From the human T2T-CHM13v2.0 reference genome, Homo sapiens: a DNA stretch of 64,000 nucleotides. Below are positions 16,419 to 30,965 of the stretch, piece after piece; within the stretch, counting starts at the first letter, position 1, and every line of letters begins with the position of its first letter. The DNA lies in assembly GCF_009914755.1 (NCBI RefSeq), contig NC_060930.1. One strand, 5' to 3'. The translations under genes and the position numbers were made by a program. Under the pieces are notes generated by a model. That model saw only the letters and a list, made by a program, of their open reading frames with translations. It searched no databases and had not been told where the DNA came from.

Positions 16419-17829
16419 TGTAGAGAGTCCGTTTGGCTCAAGTTTGAGGACTGCAACCCAGGAGCATAGATTCAAGTTGCCCTGAGTAGATGCTCCTATT
16501 AGCAGCAGTTACAAATGGGTTTTTAAAGGAAAAAGGAAGAGGCAGTTCCTAAGTTGTTTATCAAGCATTCATGTTACAATAACGAGCTATTGGTTGGCTA
16601 TACATTGTTCTTTGTATCACACATTCCAGGAACATGAAGATAGTGGGTGAGGCAGCTGTCAGGAACAAAATGCTTTTAAAGAATTGCCCCTGGGAATGGG
16701 TGCAGTGATGTGACTGAAGTCCCATGCTCATGTCCCTCTGGGCCTGATAAATTTTGCATAGTTCGCATATCTCAGACTGCTCTGAGCAATTTTTCTTTCT
16801 CATTTCCTCCTTTTAATAAAAATCTTTCTCTTCTTAAAATACTGATGATCAACGTTTTGGATGTAAGTTTGTCCCACATTGCTGGGAAGGCTCATTTCCG
16901 GATAGTCTTGTCCCATGTCAGAGGGAATGAGATGGGCAGAAGTACTATCACTTAAGAACTTAGTGAGGTTCCAAGGCTGAATTGGTAGGCAACAATTCAG
17001 GGATTGGATTGAAAAATAAGGGGACAGAGCAGCGGGATTTCAGGTCATTCACTTACACTGGAGTTGAGGTATGTTGGGTCATTTCTAAGCATCTAGCTAT
17101 TATGATGAGTTTTTTGTTATAGAATTTTGTGGTAGACTTTAGACATCTAGAAATACAAAGCATAATCAATTTAAGAATCAAAAGGATGACACAAATAAGG
17201 ACAATTATCAACAAAACAACTTGAAATACAAATATGAAAAGTGTTCCTATTCCTGAAGGTAACCAAATGAATATTTTAATCCACTTCTTGTCCTGGTCTA
17301 AAGAACAAAGTGTTGAAGATCTCCACTGAGGAAGATGTCCACTTAGGCAGGGTAGCCTGATATTGGCCCTTCTAACGTGGCTAGGAGTCCTTTATTTGAT
17401 GGTATTTTCTATTAAACAAAATCTTCCAGGTTGGAGACCATGATCTTTGATGTTTTTGTCTCCTAAGAGCTTGCTGTTAAAAGAATCCTTAATTAATTTA
17501 GAATTTTCAGTGAGAAACTTATAAGGCCTTGACAATAGTGAAGAGTATCACCTTGTTAATGGAAAAACCAAACTCTGTAAAATATTTTAAAGAGCTTTAT
17601 CCTGAGCCAAGATGAGTGACTGTGGCTCGGGGAAACACTTTCTCAAGGAGTCCTGAGAATGTGCACCTGAGGCAGTTGGATTACTGTGTGTTTTTATATA
17701 TTTCAGGGAGGCAGGAGTTACTGGCAAAGACATAAATCAGTACATGAAAGGTATACATTGATTCCATATGAAAAGGTGGGATATCTTAAAGCAAGGGCTT
17801 ACAGGTTATTTATTCAGCATATTCAGAGA

Positions 17830-18119
<290 letters not shown>

Positions 18120-18201
18120 GATTCGGAGATTCTTTAATTTGCAATTGATTAAAGGAGTAAGGCTCTGTCTAAAACTTGGAATCAACAGAAAGGGCTGTTG
18201 T

Positions 18202-18658
<457 letters not shown>

Positions 18659-19143
18659 TTATTTCTATTGTAACATTAATGCTGGTCAATTGTTACGCCT
18701 CAACTCCAAAAGGGAGGGAGTAGAATTAAGTGCGTTTGACCTCTCTTCCTATTTTGACTGAGAGCTCAGTTTTTGAGGTTTCTCTGGGGTCTCCTTGGCA
18801 GAGAGTGGGTCCACTCAGTTGGTCGAGGGCTTTGGATTTTATTTTTAGTTTACAACTTTTCAGGAGAGCTGGTTCGTAGTCTCCTTCATCCAGGTGCATG
18901 GATCTTTCCATTCTTATTTCAAAAGGAGAAAGCTGATGTTTTCCAAGCAGGGTAGAATGTAAGTTAAGCAAATGGAAGAGCCTTAGGCCAGGGAAGGTTA
19001 AAGCTTTCTGTAAGCTTTGCCAATTAACTTTTCATGATTCCATTTATTTATTCTTCCACTCTGGAAGACTGAGTGTGGTTTGCACAATGGAAATGCCGAT
19101 CCATCCAATCTCAATGAGCTTCAACCACACAAGATAAGATTTC

Positions 19144-19265
19144 TGGCGGAGCATAGAGGCTAATGCCTGAAATCCCAGAACTTTGGGAGGCTGATGTGGG
19201 AGGATTGCTTGAGCTCAAGAGTTCACGACCTACCTGGGCAACAGAGTGAGACCTCATCTCCACAA
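19144..19265 (+). mobile_element. Alu left monomer (FLAM-like)
   Basis: atcccagaactttgggaggctgatgtgggaggattgcttgagctcaagagttc...gagacctcatctc. Confidence 0.75.
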
Positions 19266-20684
19266 CATGTGGTAGGACTTCCAAAAATGGAGAATGCAAT
19301 GAGTTCATGCTGGTACCAAGCACTGATTTTAGAGAAAAACACCAGGTGGTGGTGGGAAGTCACTGTGAATCCTGCTGACCTAAAGAAAAAAAAAACCAAG
19401 GCAAAATTAATGTAATTATAGAGCTTTATTTGGGCCAAGTTTGAGGAATACAACCCAGGAGCATAGATTCAAGTTGCCCTGAGTATATGCTGTGAAAGAC
19501 TTCTTTATAAGAGGCAGAAGCTGGCATTATTTGAGATTTGGGTGTAAAAATTATAATTCAATTAGCTTCCTTTTCCTTCCCTTATGATCCATTATCTTAA
19601 CTCTAGAATATGGAAGGAAGAATGTTCAAGCTAAGTCTCTGCTCTTAATCAGACTTGGAGTTGACATTGCTCCTTTGGTTTATAAAATTTGTTATCTGTC
19701 CAGCCATAGTTGAACATTTTAATTTCAGAATAACCAGAGCATCTTAAGAGGCCAGAGAAGTGTTCTCTGTGTCCCTTATGGTATTTGTTTCACATGTTCT
19801 AATAAAATACATAAAGGATTCCTAGGAACCCAAGACTGTTGTTTTTACTATTAGGCAGAGGATAGTACCTGACACTCAATGTCAGCTTTTAATTGCTTGA
19901 ATGAATGTACTGCATTTTTTGTTAGACTGAGCCACACTTTGATTTGGAAAAGGGGAAGATGGGAAGACTAAATACACAAGCAGGGACCCATAGGGTCTGT
20001 GATGGTCAGGAATCCACATAGAGATGACACTTGGGTATAAATTCAGGGGTAAGATTAAAACTGGGATATAATTTTATTTGGGTATAGGGAGATGGAGGAG
20101 ATAGTGAAGGAACAGAAGTACCCAACTAAGGTGAAGGTGCCTAAGAAGAAGGCAGACGGGGCCTCTGTGATAACGTGGATTCAGAATCAGAAATCTAGTC
20201 AGTGAACATTCTCTCAGGTACAGACACTCCAAGTGTGGCAGTCGGCATGTATGAAGGAGAGCCTCCTTCACTTACACCAAGGCCTCTTTGGTTTTGATAA
20301 CTTTGCTGCCACACCCTGAATTCAGTCTTTGTGATTCTTCGCTCTTCTTCAGCATTGCTTTCTGTCCCTTCTTTTCTTCTGCCTTGAATCTTGTTCTGGT
20401 ATTTCTTTTTCACCATTTGTAGCTCAGCTGTTTCCACTCCATGTTGTCTCTTTCTCAGGGATACGTAGCTACTGTTTCAAAAGCACTTTGCTAATTTCTA
20501 TTTCACTTGTTTAGTTAACTTTGGACACTCAGTTTTGTCATCTCCTGCCCCCATCATATCCTAATCATGACTCTGAAGAAAATCCTTGGTGGTCACATTG
20601 AGAGACCTTATGTGTTCTGTATAATAAAGAACTGGGGGCCATTAACCTTTCTAGAGCATTTACAGAAATTTTTATCTATCAGCC

Positions 20685-20999
20685 TTTTTTTTTTTTTTGA
20701 AACGGAGTTTCACTTTGTAGTGCAGGCTGAAGTGCAGTGGAGTGAACTTGGCTCACTGCAACCTCTGTCTGCCTCCCGGGTTCAAGTGATTATCCTGCCT
20801 TAGCCTCCTGAGTAGCTGGGATTACAGGCGCACACCACCACACCTGGCTAATTTTTTTTTTTTTTTTTTTTGTATTTTTAGTAGAGACAGGGTTTTGCCA
20901 TGTTGGCCAGGCTGGTCTCGAACTCCTGACCTCAAGTGATCTGCCCGCCTCGGCCTCCCAAAGTGCTGGGATTACAGGCGTGAGCCACCACGCCCGGCT
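20685..20999 (-). mobile_element. Alu (AluSx-like)
   Basis: Antisense dimer with expanded middle T-run; TSD tatcagc.ttt. Confidence 0.92.
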
Positions 21000-21889
21000 G
21001 TTATCAGCTTTTCATCTTCATCCAGCTGACTCTTTTTATCTTAAGTAGCAATGTTAAAGGTAAATGAAAATAGTTTCATATTCAATTTTGCTCTCAAGTT
21101 TGATGACTACCATTGTAAAATATTTGTGTGACATTTAAGATACAGCAAATGTATTTCATCTATATTGTGGCCTTTTTGTACAAGCCAGAGAACTTTATCA
21201 TGATTTATAACTTCTTTTTTTTTCTTACTATGGGGAGAGGCATTTAAGTTCCAGACAACTTAGGAACAAATAAGCATTTGGAATACAACTTGTAATTAGA
21301 GATCTGCTTTTGGTTAAAATAAGCATGCCTCCATCAACCATAAAATACCCCCCAAACAAGAAAAAATAAACAAGAAACCTTTTAGCAAATGAGCTCAGGG
21401 CCGAACATAGATTACTCTTCTAAGCATAAATCTTGTGCAACAAAACCTGATACTCAGAATTCTGACCCAGCTCGAAAATCCCTTGTCATCGGATAAAAAC
21501 TAAGTTATGCATTTACCAAGGAAAGACAATGTAGGAACACATTTAAGGTTTTTCAAAAGAGTGACCAGAATGTTCAGTTAAATATTAACGGGAAGACTAT
21601 TTTCTGAGTATTCTAGTTATCTGAGATTTAGTTGCAAGAATTAAGATATCTGTAGTGTCTTTGAAAAATTATTTTTACCTTTTTTTACTTTTAGTTTTTA
21701 GAAGAGGTGTTGGTAGAAGTGTAGGTGGTAGAAGTTTAGATGGTTATAATCATTTTTGTAGCACTTGGCAGCTTTAAAAAGCATTTCCCATATATTTTTG
21801 ATTGATCCTCAATACTCAACAACTGTGAAATACGAAAGTATGATGACAGTCAATTCTGCTTTACAGATAAGGAATCTGAGGCTCAGTCA

Positions 21890-22090
21890 GGGATTCAGTC
21901 AGGTTTCCATGCAGACATTATTGTGCATAAAAACCACCTGGGAAGTGTTAAAGACAGAGATTCCTAGGCTCCAATCTTAGTGATTATGATTTAATAGATT
22001 TGGAATGGACCCAAAGAATCCTCACTTTTTAACAAGCACCTCAAGTTATTCAGATGTAGGTGGTTGATTTACTCTACTTCTAGCAACAAT
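21890..22090. mobile_element. MER5-type hAT-Charlie MITE
   Basis: accacctgggaagtgttaaagacagagattcctaggc...ttttaacaagcacctcaagttattc resembles MER5A/B. Confidence 0.55.
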
Positions 22091-22579
22091 GGGCTAAATT
22101 TATAGGCAAAAGCCACACCATTAGTACATAATAGACTATGATGGTAACTGGAAGGACTTTTATCTACAGATTTTTATCACGGACTAATAGCTAATGCCAT
22201 CCCATTCATTTGCTAAATGTTATATCCTATTCATCAAGCTTGGCCTGCTGTTGGGTTTCCAACTCTCCTTTGCCTGCTTCAGTATAACAATGTGTAATTA
22301 GAACCTAAGAAATTTCTGGTGTGGTGATGCTAAAGCTTGCCTCTATATTGAGATATATATGTGTCTTTGGTAGTTCAGTGATGAGATTTTCCTGGGTGGA
22401 AGCCAAAATTAGTGCACTTTATTAGTGTGAAGTCAACAATCAGCTGTTTCTGGGAGCTTCCAAAGTAGGTATACTTTTGGGAAATTGTGCTTTTCTTCTT
22501 AGTTTGAGTTTCCTTCTTGGCTTATTTTGAAATGTAGTAGAATAGAAAAATAGAGAGTTTTGATAGAAAGTGATTTTGG

Positions 22580-22731
22580 GATGTGTGGTGGCTCATGCCT
22601 CTAAAGGAGACCGAGGCAGGAGAATCACTTGAGGCCATAATTTAAGATCAGCCTGGGCAATATAATGAAACCCCATGTCTATCTCTCTCTCTCTCTCAAT
22701 CTCTCTCTGTCTCTCTTTCTTTCTCTCTCTC

Positions 22732-22770
<39 letters not shown>
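22580..22770 (+). repeat. Alu monomer remnant followed by (CT)n(CA)n compound microsatellite
   Basis: gtggtggctcatgcct...cagcctgggcaatataatgaaacccc then ctct/caca tracts at 22679-22770. Confidence 0.8.
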
Positions 22771-22773
<3 letters not shown>

Positions 22774-23348
22774 TGTATGTACATATCTCCATATTTTATA
22801 TATATGTATAATATGCATAAGAAAATCATTTTGGAGGAAGTAAATTGTCACAGCGAATTGTCACAAGTGTTTCTCATTTATGGATTGACCATTTTCTCAC
22901 CGTATTTCAGGACTTTGCACAGACTTAGCTGGCAAACATCCTATAACAGGTGTGATTTGAGAGTCTTAAAAAAAAATCACTATCTTGGTTTTCAGGTGAA
23001 TATTTTTGAGAAACTAGCTTGTTCCTAAAGGTGTGTTTCCCGATCCCCCTCCTGCTTAGAAAGCTTTTTTTGACGTTAGCAAGCATCTGGGGGATCTTGA
23101 TGCTCTCTTATGGTTAGAGAGAGAGAATTGAAAAGAAACTCAGTAGATTAAGACATTATTTGCCCTTTCACTGTGTTGACTTTTACACCGTGGTATTAAA
23201 GGAGTGATGGCACCTTAGCAGACGTCATTGCAATGACACCAATTGTACAAGTAGTCATGCACTTGCAATAAAAAAAAAGCCATTTCACTAAAAAGAACAC
23301 CTTAGATGTTTTATTGCTTAGATGAAGCAATAAAAATGTCCTTGATGA

Positions 23349-23703
<355 letters not shown>

Positions 23704-24254
23704 CTATGTGACACAATTGGAAGTATGCATGTAGCATATCTGCTGCATACTGAAGTACTGTTTTCTAGAGGAAAAGCAGCTGTGCGGTTGTTTAAGTTGC
23801 AAGCTGAACTAATTTTTTTTCAAAGAACACCATTTTTATTTGAAAGAACTGACAAGCTTTTTATTTAGACTTATTTATTTGACATATTTTCTCAAAAATG
23901 AGTGATGTTAGCTTGTCCCTTCAAGGAAAACCTATGAAGCTATCAGCTGTCTATGATAAAATCTGAGCTTCCAAGCAAAAATTAGAATTTTGAAAAACTT
24001 GTATTTGCCATTTGAGTGTAACAGCTTCCTGATCCTTACACAAAATTGATGAAGATAGCGAGGAATGTGGTTTTTTTTCATGTTGTTTAATGACATGCGT
24101 TAACATTTGGAAGAATGATAGAACTTAGTGAACCAATATTTTCCAAAGGATGAGTGGATGATGTTACAAAATTATGCATTGGTATAATTTCCATTCAAAG
24201 TGCAAGATAGACTAATGGATTTTAATGTAACAGTATGTAAAGTTCAGTAATACC

Positions 24255-25110
24255 TTTTCCATTTTTATGCCATAATTTACTTCTTTCAAAAGACAAATAT
24301 AAGATAAAAATTAATTCAAGAGCACAGATATATGCATTCTATCGAAATGAATACAATGTGATTTATAAATGAGAACAAATTACCAATGAACAGTATTTCA
24401 GAAGTTGAAAAGGTGACACTAAATGTTAAATACACAGCCTTTTAGTTATATTCTTCAGATTCAGTTTTTTTGTGAATTTAATATAAAGATGAGTTCATTT
24501 TGCAACCTAAAAATACTTACTTATTGAAACTATATTAATACTTTAATAAACTATACAAAAAAGATAATGAGACAAACGTGCATTTGTGGAACTGCATGTC
24601 AGTCAGCCAGTTCCCTGCAGAGGGAATTCCCAGCATTACCTCATTCATCTGTGAGAACACAGAGCAGTCCCTATTTAGACACACACATTTGTCTACTGCT
24701 CCAGCATGGCCAGCCCCCTACTTCTTGATGGTTTCTTTCTGCTATGAATATGCATGTCCAGTTGTCTGCTTCATAGAGCAGACATTTACCTTCCTCATCC
24801 ACCAGCCATTGGAGGAGGACTGGGGCCACGCAAATGATTGATTCGACCAATTCTTTGGGGAGAGTTTCCCAGTGGCCCTCTTCCATCATCATATCTGGAA
24901 TCAGATGAGTTTCCATAGCTTCTTTTTTTTTTTTTTTCGCATCTTGCTGAAGCAGAGTTTTGAAAAGCAAAACCACAAACTCAGCTGTTCCCCATAAGAA
25001 ATCTGTTATCAAAGATAATCTCCATGGAGACTGACTCCAGCTGTCCAGCACTTGTCCATTTGCGATGTAAACCATCTTGCCCCCCTTCCCTGCTTCGGAG
25101 CGACTGGTCA
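24255..25110 (-). pseudogene. Processed pseudogene of selenoprotein K (SELENOK); CDS remnant 25075..24786
   Basis: Intronless MVYIANGQVLDSWSQSPWRLSLITDFLWG...then, after an A15 frameshift, SYGNSSDSRYDDGRGP...PPPMAGG-TGA-GR-TAA; SECIS-like 3'UTR; 3' boundary approximate. Confidence 0.95.
24590..24650 (-). promoter_or_regulatory. SECIS-like element remnant of the SELENOK retrocopy
   Basis: Minus strand ATGAG-GTAATGCTGG-GAA-TTCCC-TCTGCA-GGGAA-CTGGCTGAC-TGAC: AUGA/GA core, apical adenosines and mini-helix (type 2 layout); helix II imperfect. Confidence 0.65.
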
Positions 25111-25317
25111 TAGTTTAAGAGATTACTACTTTTAGAATTTTGGTGTGGTTTTAAAGAAGAATGTCCATAATCATCTGAAAAGGCATCTTAGGGTTGTTAG
25201 TAACTTTTAGAAGTATAATGGGATCCTGATAAGAAAAATTTCGTGAATATATTTACAAATATTTAGGAAATAGGTGTACATCCAGTAATATTTTCAGTAA
25301 TATTTTTCAGAACTAGG

Positions 25318-25556
25318 GGATGTGAGGGCGATCTGGCTGTGACTTCTATCACCCCATTGATCGCCAGGGCTGATTTGGCTATCTGGCTGGCTAGGCGGGT
25401 GTCCCCTTCCTCCCTCACTACTCCACGTGTGTCCCTCCCGAAGATGTGCGCTCGGTTGAAGAAGATGACCATCTCCCATAGATGAGAACCAGTCTTTGGT
25501 CAAGGGTATATGAATAGGTGCACTCCCCTGCTAGAACCTCCAAACAAACTCTCAAG
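25318..25556 (+). pseudogene. 7SK snRNA retropseudogene, 3'-truncated and tailless
   Basis: GGATGTGAGGGCGATCTGGCTG...CTAGAACCTCCAAACAA.CTCTCAAG corresponds to about the first 240 nt of 7SK; TSD AGAACTAGG at 25309-25317 and 25555-25563. Confidence 0.95.
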
Positions 25557-26061
25557 AACTAGGGAGAGGAGAGTGAAAATTAACCTAGTTACAATGATTG
25601 TATCCTTACATTCTTTTATAAATTTCAAAATACTTCTACATCTCCTACCTCATTAGTCCAAACCACAGCTCTGCTGTTATCCATCCCCATGTTAGAGATG
25701 AAAAAATCATGGCTCAGAGAAAGTTTGGAGACTTTCCAAGATCACAAAATCAATAATTCTGTTAATCTCATCTCTGTAGTTTATTGGTGAATAGTTTTGG
25801 AGTCAGACAAAATCAGGTTTAAATCCTGCTACGGTTACTAGCTGTTTGAATACAGACAAAAAAGTTTCCTAAATAGTACCACAACTGTAGCATAGAGACA
25901 AAATCATATTAGAGTGTGTTAGGAGAAGTAAATTATATAATGTGTACAAAATGGTGCATAATATGCCCTGAATAAGTGGTTTTTTCTTGTTATTGTTGAT
26001 AAGCTTCAATGTGACTGAGAATTTTTTATTTTACCTTACTCAGAAGGCACTTTACATCCTT

Positions 26062-26226
26062 AACTACCCAAAGTGTGGTCTGCAGACTGACATATCAGCA
26101 TTATCCTCTTAGAATTTGTAAGAAATGCAGAATCTTGGGCCCCACCCCAGACCTACTAAACCAAGATCTGCATTTTCATAGATCCTCAGAGGTTTGTCTG
26201 AACAATTAAGTTTGAATATCAGCACT
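26062..26226. mobile_element. MER5A-type MITE
   Basis: aaagtgtggtctgcagac...agaaatgcagaatcttgggccccaccccagacctact...aagtttga. Confidence 0.7.
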
Positions 26227-28729
26227 CCATAAGGCTATGAGACAGCACAGAAGGCACCACATCTGGAATTTCTGTAGCTGAGAATTCTAATTAACCCTCG
26301 CTGTGCCACTGACTTCATACATGATGTTGTGATTAGAAACCTAAAACAAAATGAAAAAACTCAATGGGCCTCCATGACCTCAACTGTGGTTGCATTAGGT
26401 TGAATTGGTGCTACCGCTGGTTGCATTTGGCCCCTTTCCTTCCATGAACCTCAGTGGCACATGGATACAAGTAGCCCCATTGCTCTTGCACATACAGAAC
26501 ATGGCATAGTCTCCTCCCTTTGCATATACCATCTCTGTCTTTCAGGAACCTGCCTGTGCTCTCGTGTGTTGCTTATAATTTAATTGCCTTCTTTTACTCT
26601 GCACTGGCTTGTCCTTTAATTGCTCTTTATTGCCCTTAGCGTTGCCAATCTTCTGTCTTTGCTGTTACCTGATAACATTCAGATGTTTTTCCAATTCAGC
26701 CATCCATCTATCAAAATATCATGTAGATGGTGCTTTCCATCGCACGATCAATGGAACTATCCAATTCCAAGTTTCCACTGCAGTCCCCTCTCAACAATCA
26801 ACAGTATACTTGACACAAAACCAAAACAAAGGAATCTTATACCAACGCTTTTTCAGGTGATGTAAAATCAGGTTAAATGTCCTTGGCCCAGAGTTTATTC
26901 CATAATACTTCATCATCCAAACACACTAGCTTCCTATAAACTGCCACCCAGCACCATTTCGATTATAATCTCTGGGATACTAGGAAACAGGTGAATGAAA
27001 TATTCATGTGGGAACAGTGTGGTTTAGGAGCATTATGAGTAGACTCTGTTGGTCTTATCTACTTTTGGATTAGTCGGGGAAATAAGCAGGAAACAACTCT
27101 ACTTGGACACGATTTATTTGAATACCTTACTAATCAGCACAAAGGAGGTAAATGTGAAGAATATTGACATATATAAGTATTTATACATTTGTTATCTCTT
27201 AGAAACTTTCAAAGAAAAAGAATATTGAGTATTATGGAATGATTCAAGCAAAGGTCTTCAGAGACAGGGTTCATGTAAAGGGTCTAAACGGGAATCACAT
27301 GAATCATTTGCTATGTGACCTTTGAACAATTACTTTCTTTCTTTGACTTTCAGTTTCCTTAACCGTAATATGAGGAGTTGGATTAGATGGGTTCCTTCTA
27401 GTTCCAAAATATTTGTTTTGAGAGCTTACAATATTTTCCCCATTGCTATAAAAATACTATCTATTGCAAAAAATTCAGAAAATATAAAAAAGTATAAAGA
27501 AGAAAATGAAAATTGCTTTTGGGTTTTTTCCCCTCCAGGACTTTTCTATGTGTACATATCACTTTTTAAAAAAAAAAAACAAAGATGAGATCACTTTGTG
27601 CATATTATTCTGTTGCCTTTTTTTCATTTATATTCCATTATGAAAGTTTACCATTGATAGACAGCTTTCTAATGTACTTTTCATAAGTAGGATTTTGAGA
27701 CTTTTATTTTAGTATCCTCAATTCAATAGGTAATCTTTGAAACTATTTCTATGCATACTTTAGACATTCTCAGTCCCCAAGAATTTCCAGCTTTTTGGTA
27801 CATGTTTGTTTTCTGTTTTATTCATTCCTCAGCTCCATCTCTATTGCTTATGTCTCTTTTTCATGGTTAAATTACTAGTTTTTCTAAAATAATAGCTTCT
27901 CTGCATTATGTTTCTGCTCAGAATTTTTCTGGGACTGCCACAGCACACAATGAGAAAATATATACTCCTAAGCCGAGACTAGTTTTTATTTCCCACACGC
28001 GGGATAACAGTAGACGTTAATCAATGTAGGGCTCACCATGAATAGTTTCATCCATTCGTAGCAGTGCTGAGTCTGTGACATATGTGTTCAGTCATTTATG
28101 AGTTAATATTTGTCAACCACTTAGAGTAGACCCTTGCTGGTAGTAAGTGCTATGTGTGTTTGTTAAATACATACATATCTATTTGTGTTTACTATTTGTC
28201 CGGCCCTATGCTAAAGACTTATCTCCTTTAATGGGTACAGTTCTGTGAGGTAGGAGGGAGCAAATCTGTTGGCTTGGGAGTGTCTGGCCTAGCTCCCATA
28301 CCTCAGTGGGACTCAGTATCCTATATGATGTATAGTACATGCAATATTATGTGCATACTTTGTATTAAGGAGATTGTAGGGCTCAGATATGTTTCAGTCA
28401 ACTGCTGCTGTGATGGCACTTTGCCCATTTAGAGAGTCAAAAAAGGACTGAAGATGCATATCTCTCTTCAGCATTCCACACCTCTGAAGCACGCCTTCTA
28501 TGACATTCAGCTCAGCCTTGTACAGTTCTCCAAATACACTTTGTACAGATTATATCTGTTTTCTACCCCACCGTGATTTTTTAACCTCTCCTTTTCTCAC
28601 CCAACATCAGGCACCCACCAAGACCCAACTCAATGTGTCCTCTCAAATGAAACATTCTTTAGATGCTCTTTGGCCCCATCTCCCTGTCCCAGAACCACTC
28701 AATTGCTACTGGATCCTGTTGAGGCCATA

Positions 28730-28980
28730 GAGCTTAGTGAGTAAGGCCAGACCCTGGAGCCAGAGTGCTGGAGTGTAAATCGCATCTCTGCCAATAATTG
28801 CTTTTGGGTCTTTGGGCAGGTCCCTTAACTTCTCTGTGTCATAGCTTCCTTGCCTATTAAATGGGGATAATAGTAGTAGTACCTCACAGGTTTGTTTTGA
28901 GGGTTAGGTGGATTCATATTTATAAACTAATGAGAAGAGTGCCTGATACTAGATGGTAGATCGGGGTTCAATATTGTTAT
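28730..28980 (+). mobile_element. MIR SINE
   Basis: ctttgggcaggtcccttaacttctctgtg...taaatggggataatagtagtagtacctcacagg core. Confidence 0.7.
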
Positions 28981-29370
28981 TGCTATGGTTTGTAACTTAT
29001 TTAACAAATATGTAGAGTTTTTACTGTGTGGGCAGTCTGGTGCAAGAGGCTGGGGGCTAAATGGTCAAAGGGAAAGTTTACTTACTGTCTGTTTTTTAGG
29101 TTTTATCTGAAGGGACCAGATATTTATCGAAGAATTATACAAGATTATCTCAAGTTGCAGCTGAAATAAGTGCAGCCCAGAAGCTGTGTACATAGCGAGG
29201 GGGAATTAGCCTTGTCCAGGAGGTCTGAGAAGGCATTTCTTAGGAAGTGACAGGCGAGCAGAAGAGGATTATGAGAAAAGGCAGCAGCAGGGGAAAGGCC
29301 CTGGGAGAGGAGACAACACGGCCCATCCCAGAGCTTGGAGGAGGCCAGGATGGCTGGTGTGCAGCGCTGA

Positions 29371-29738
<368 letters not shown>

Positions 29739-29763
29739 GGTTTTTGTTTTAAGAGCAATTGGA

Positions 29764-30170
<407 letters not shown>

Positions 30171-30172
30171 TT

Positions 30173-30263
30173 ATAATAGCTTTAGTGGCACAAACAAATC
30201 AACGGGACCCTGAAAACTATAATAGCTTTAGTGACACTAACAAATCAAAGGGAGCCTGAAAAT
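30173..30263. repeat. 46-bp tandem duplication (2 copies)
   Basis: ataatagctttagtg.cac.aacaaatcaa.ggga.cctgaaaa at 30173 and 30219. Confidence 0.88.
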
Positions 30264-30349
30264 AGAAGAGCACACTGTCTTTTTGTTGTTGTTGTTGTTA
30301 ATTGACCACTTCGTAACTTTTTTTATTCCTGCTAGATTTTGAGTCCGTA

Positions 30350-30566
30350 GATGTGTTCACTCCAAGATGATAACCACTAGCTACATGTGGCTATTTAAAT
30401 TAAAATTTCATCTAATTAAACTTTAATGAAGCAAAAAGTTTATTTCCTCAATCACTCTTGCCACATCCGTAGTGCTATGCAATGGCGCACGGCTAGTCAC
30501 TTTCATATTGACAGTACAGATCTGTGGAACATTTTTAGCATCTTAAAAACTTCACTTGGATAGCAT
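30350..30566 (-). mobile_element. MER3-like hAT MITE
   Basis: ccactagctacatgtggctatttaaatt...gccacat...ggctagt...atattgacagtacagat...gaacattt. Confidence 0.65.
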
Positions 30567-30965
30567 GTAAAAATTGTGATATTATAGTTTTTAAAAAATA
30601 CCTTGATAGTTCTCCAATTAACAATGATGAAAATGTACATAGTACTTGTTCAAGAAACATTTACTAGAAGACAAATTAAAAGAGTTAAGATATCAACGTT
30701 CTTATAAATATTATTTTAAGATTCCTTATCCAAATGATTATTGAATATGATTAAGTTGATTTAAGCCTAAATATATACATGAAGAGGTGACACATTTCTA
30801 AAATTGTGTTCCCTTTCTAATTATAAGCTCATATATTAATTACTAATTTTTTTCATAATAGTCACCCATTTTTCATCTTTATTAACTTAGAAAATTTTAC
30901 TTCTTATTTAAAGCCCTGGAGCATACTTTCAAAAATGATTTTGAAACATGAGTCTCTTCATTAGG

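Noticed and set aside
25318-25556. Functional 7SK gene
   Set aside because: 3' about 90 nt missing, many substitutions, TSD-flanked, no upstream PSE/TATA
26380-26880. Coding-looking stretch with two short ORFs
   Set aside because: No recognisable protein and stops in the plausible frames; most likely decayed LTR-element internal sequence
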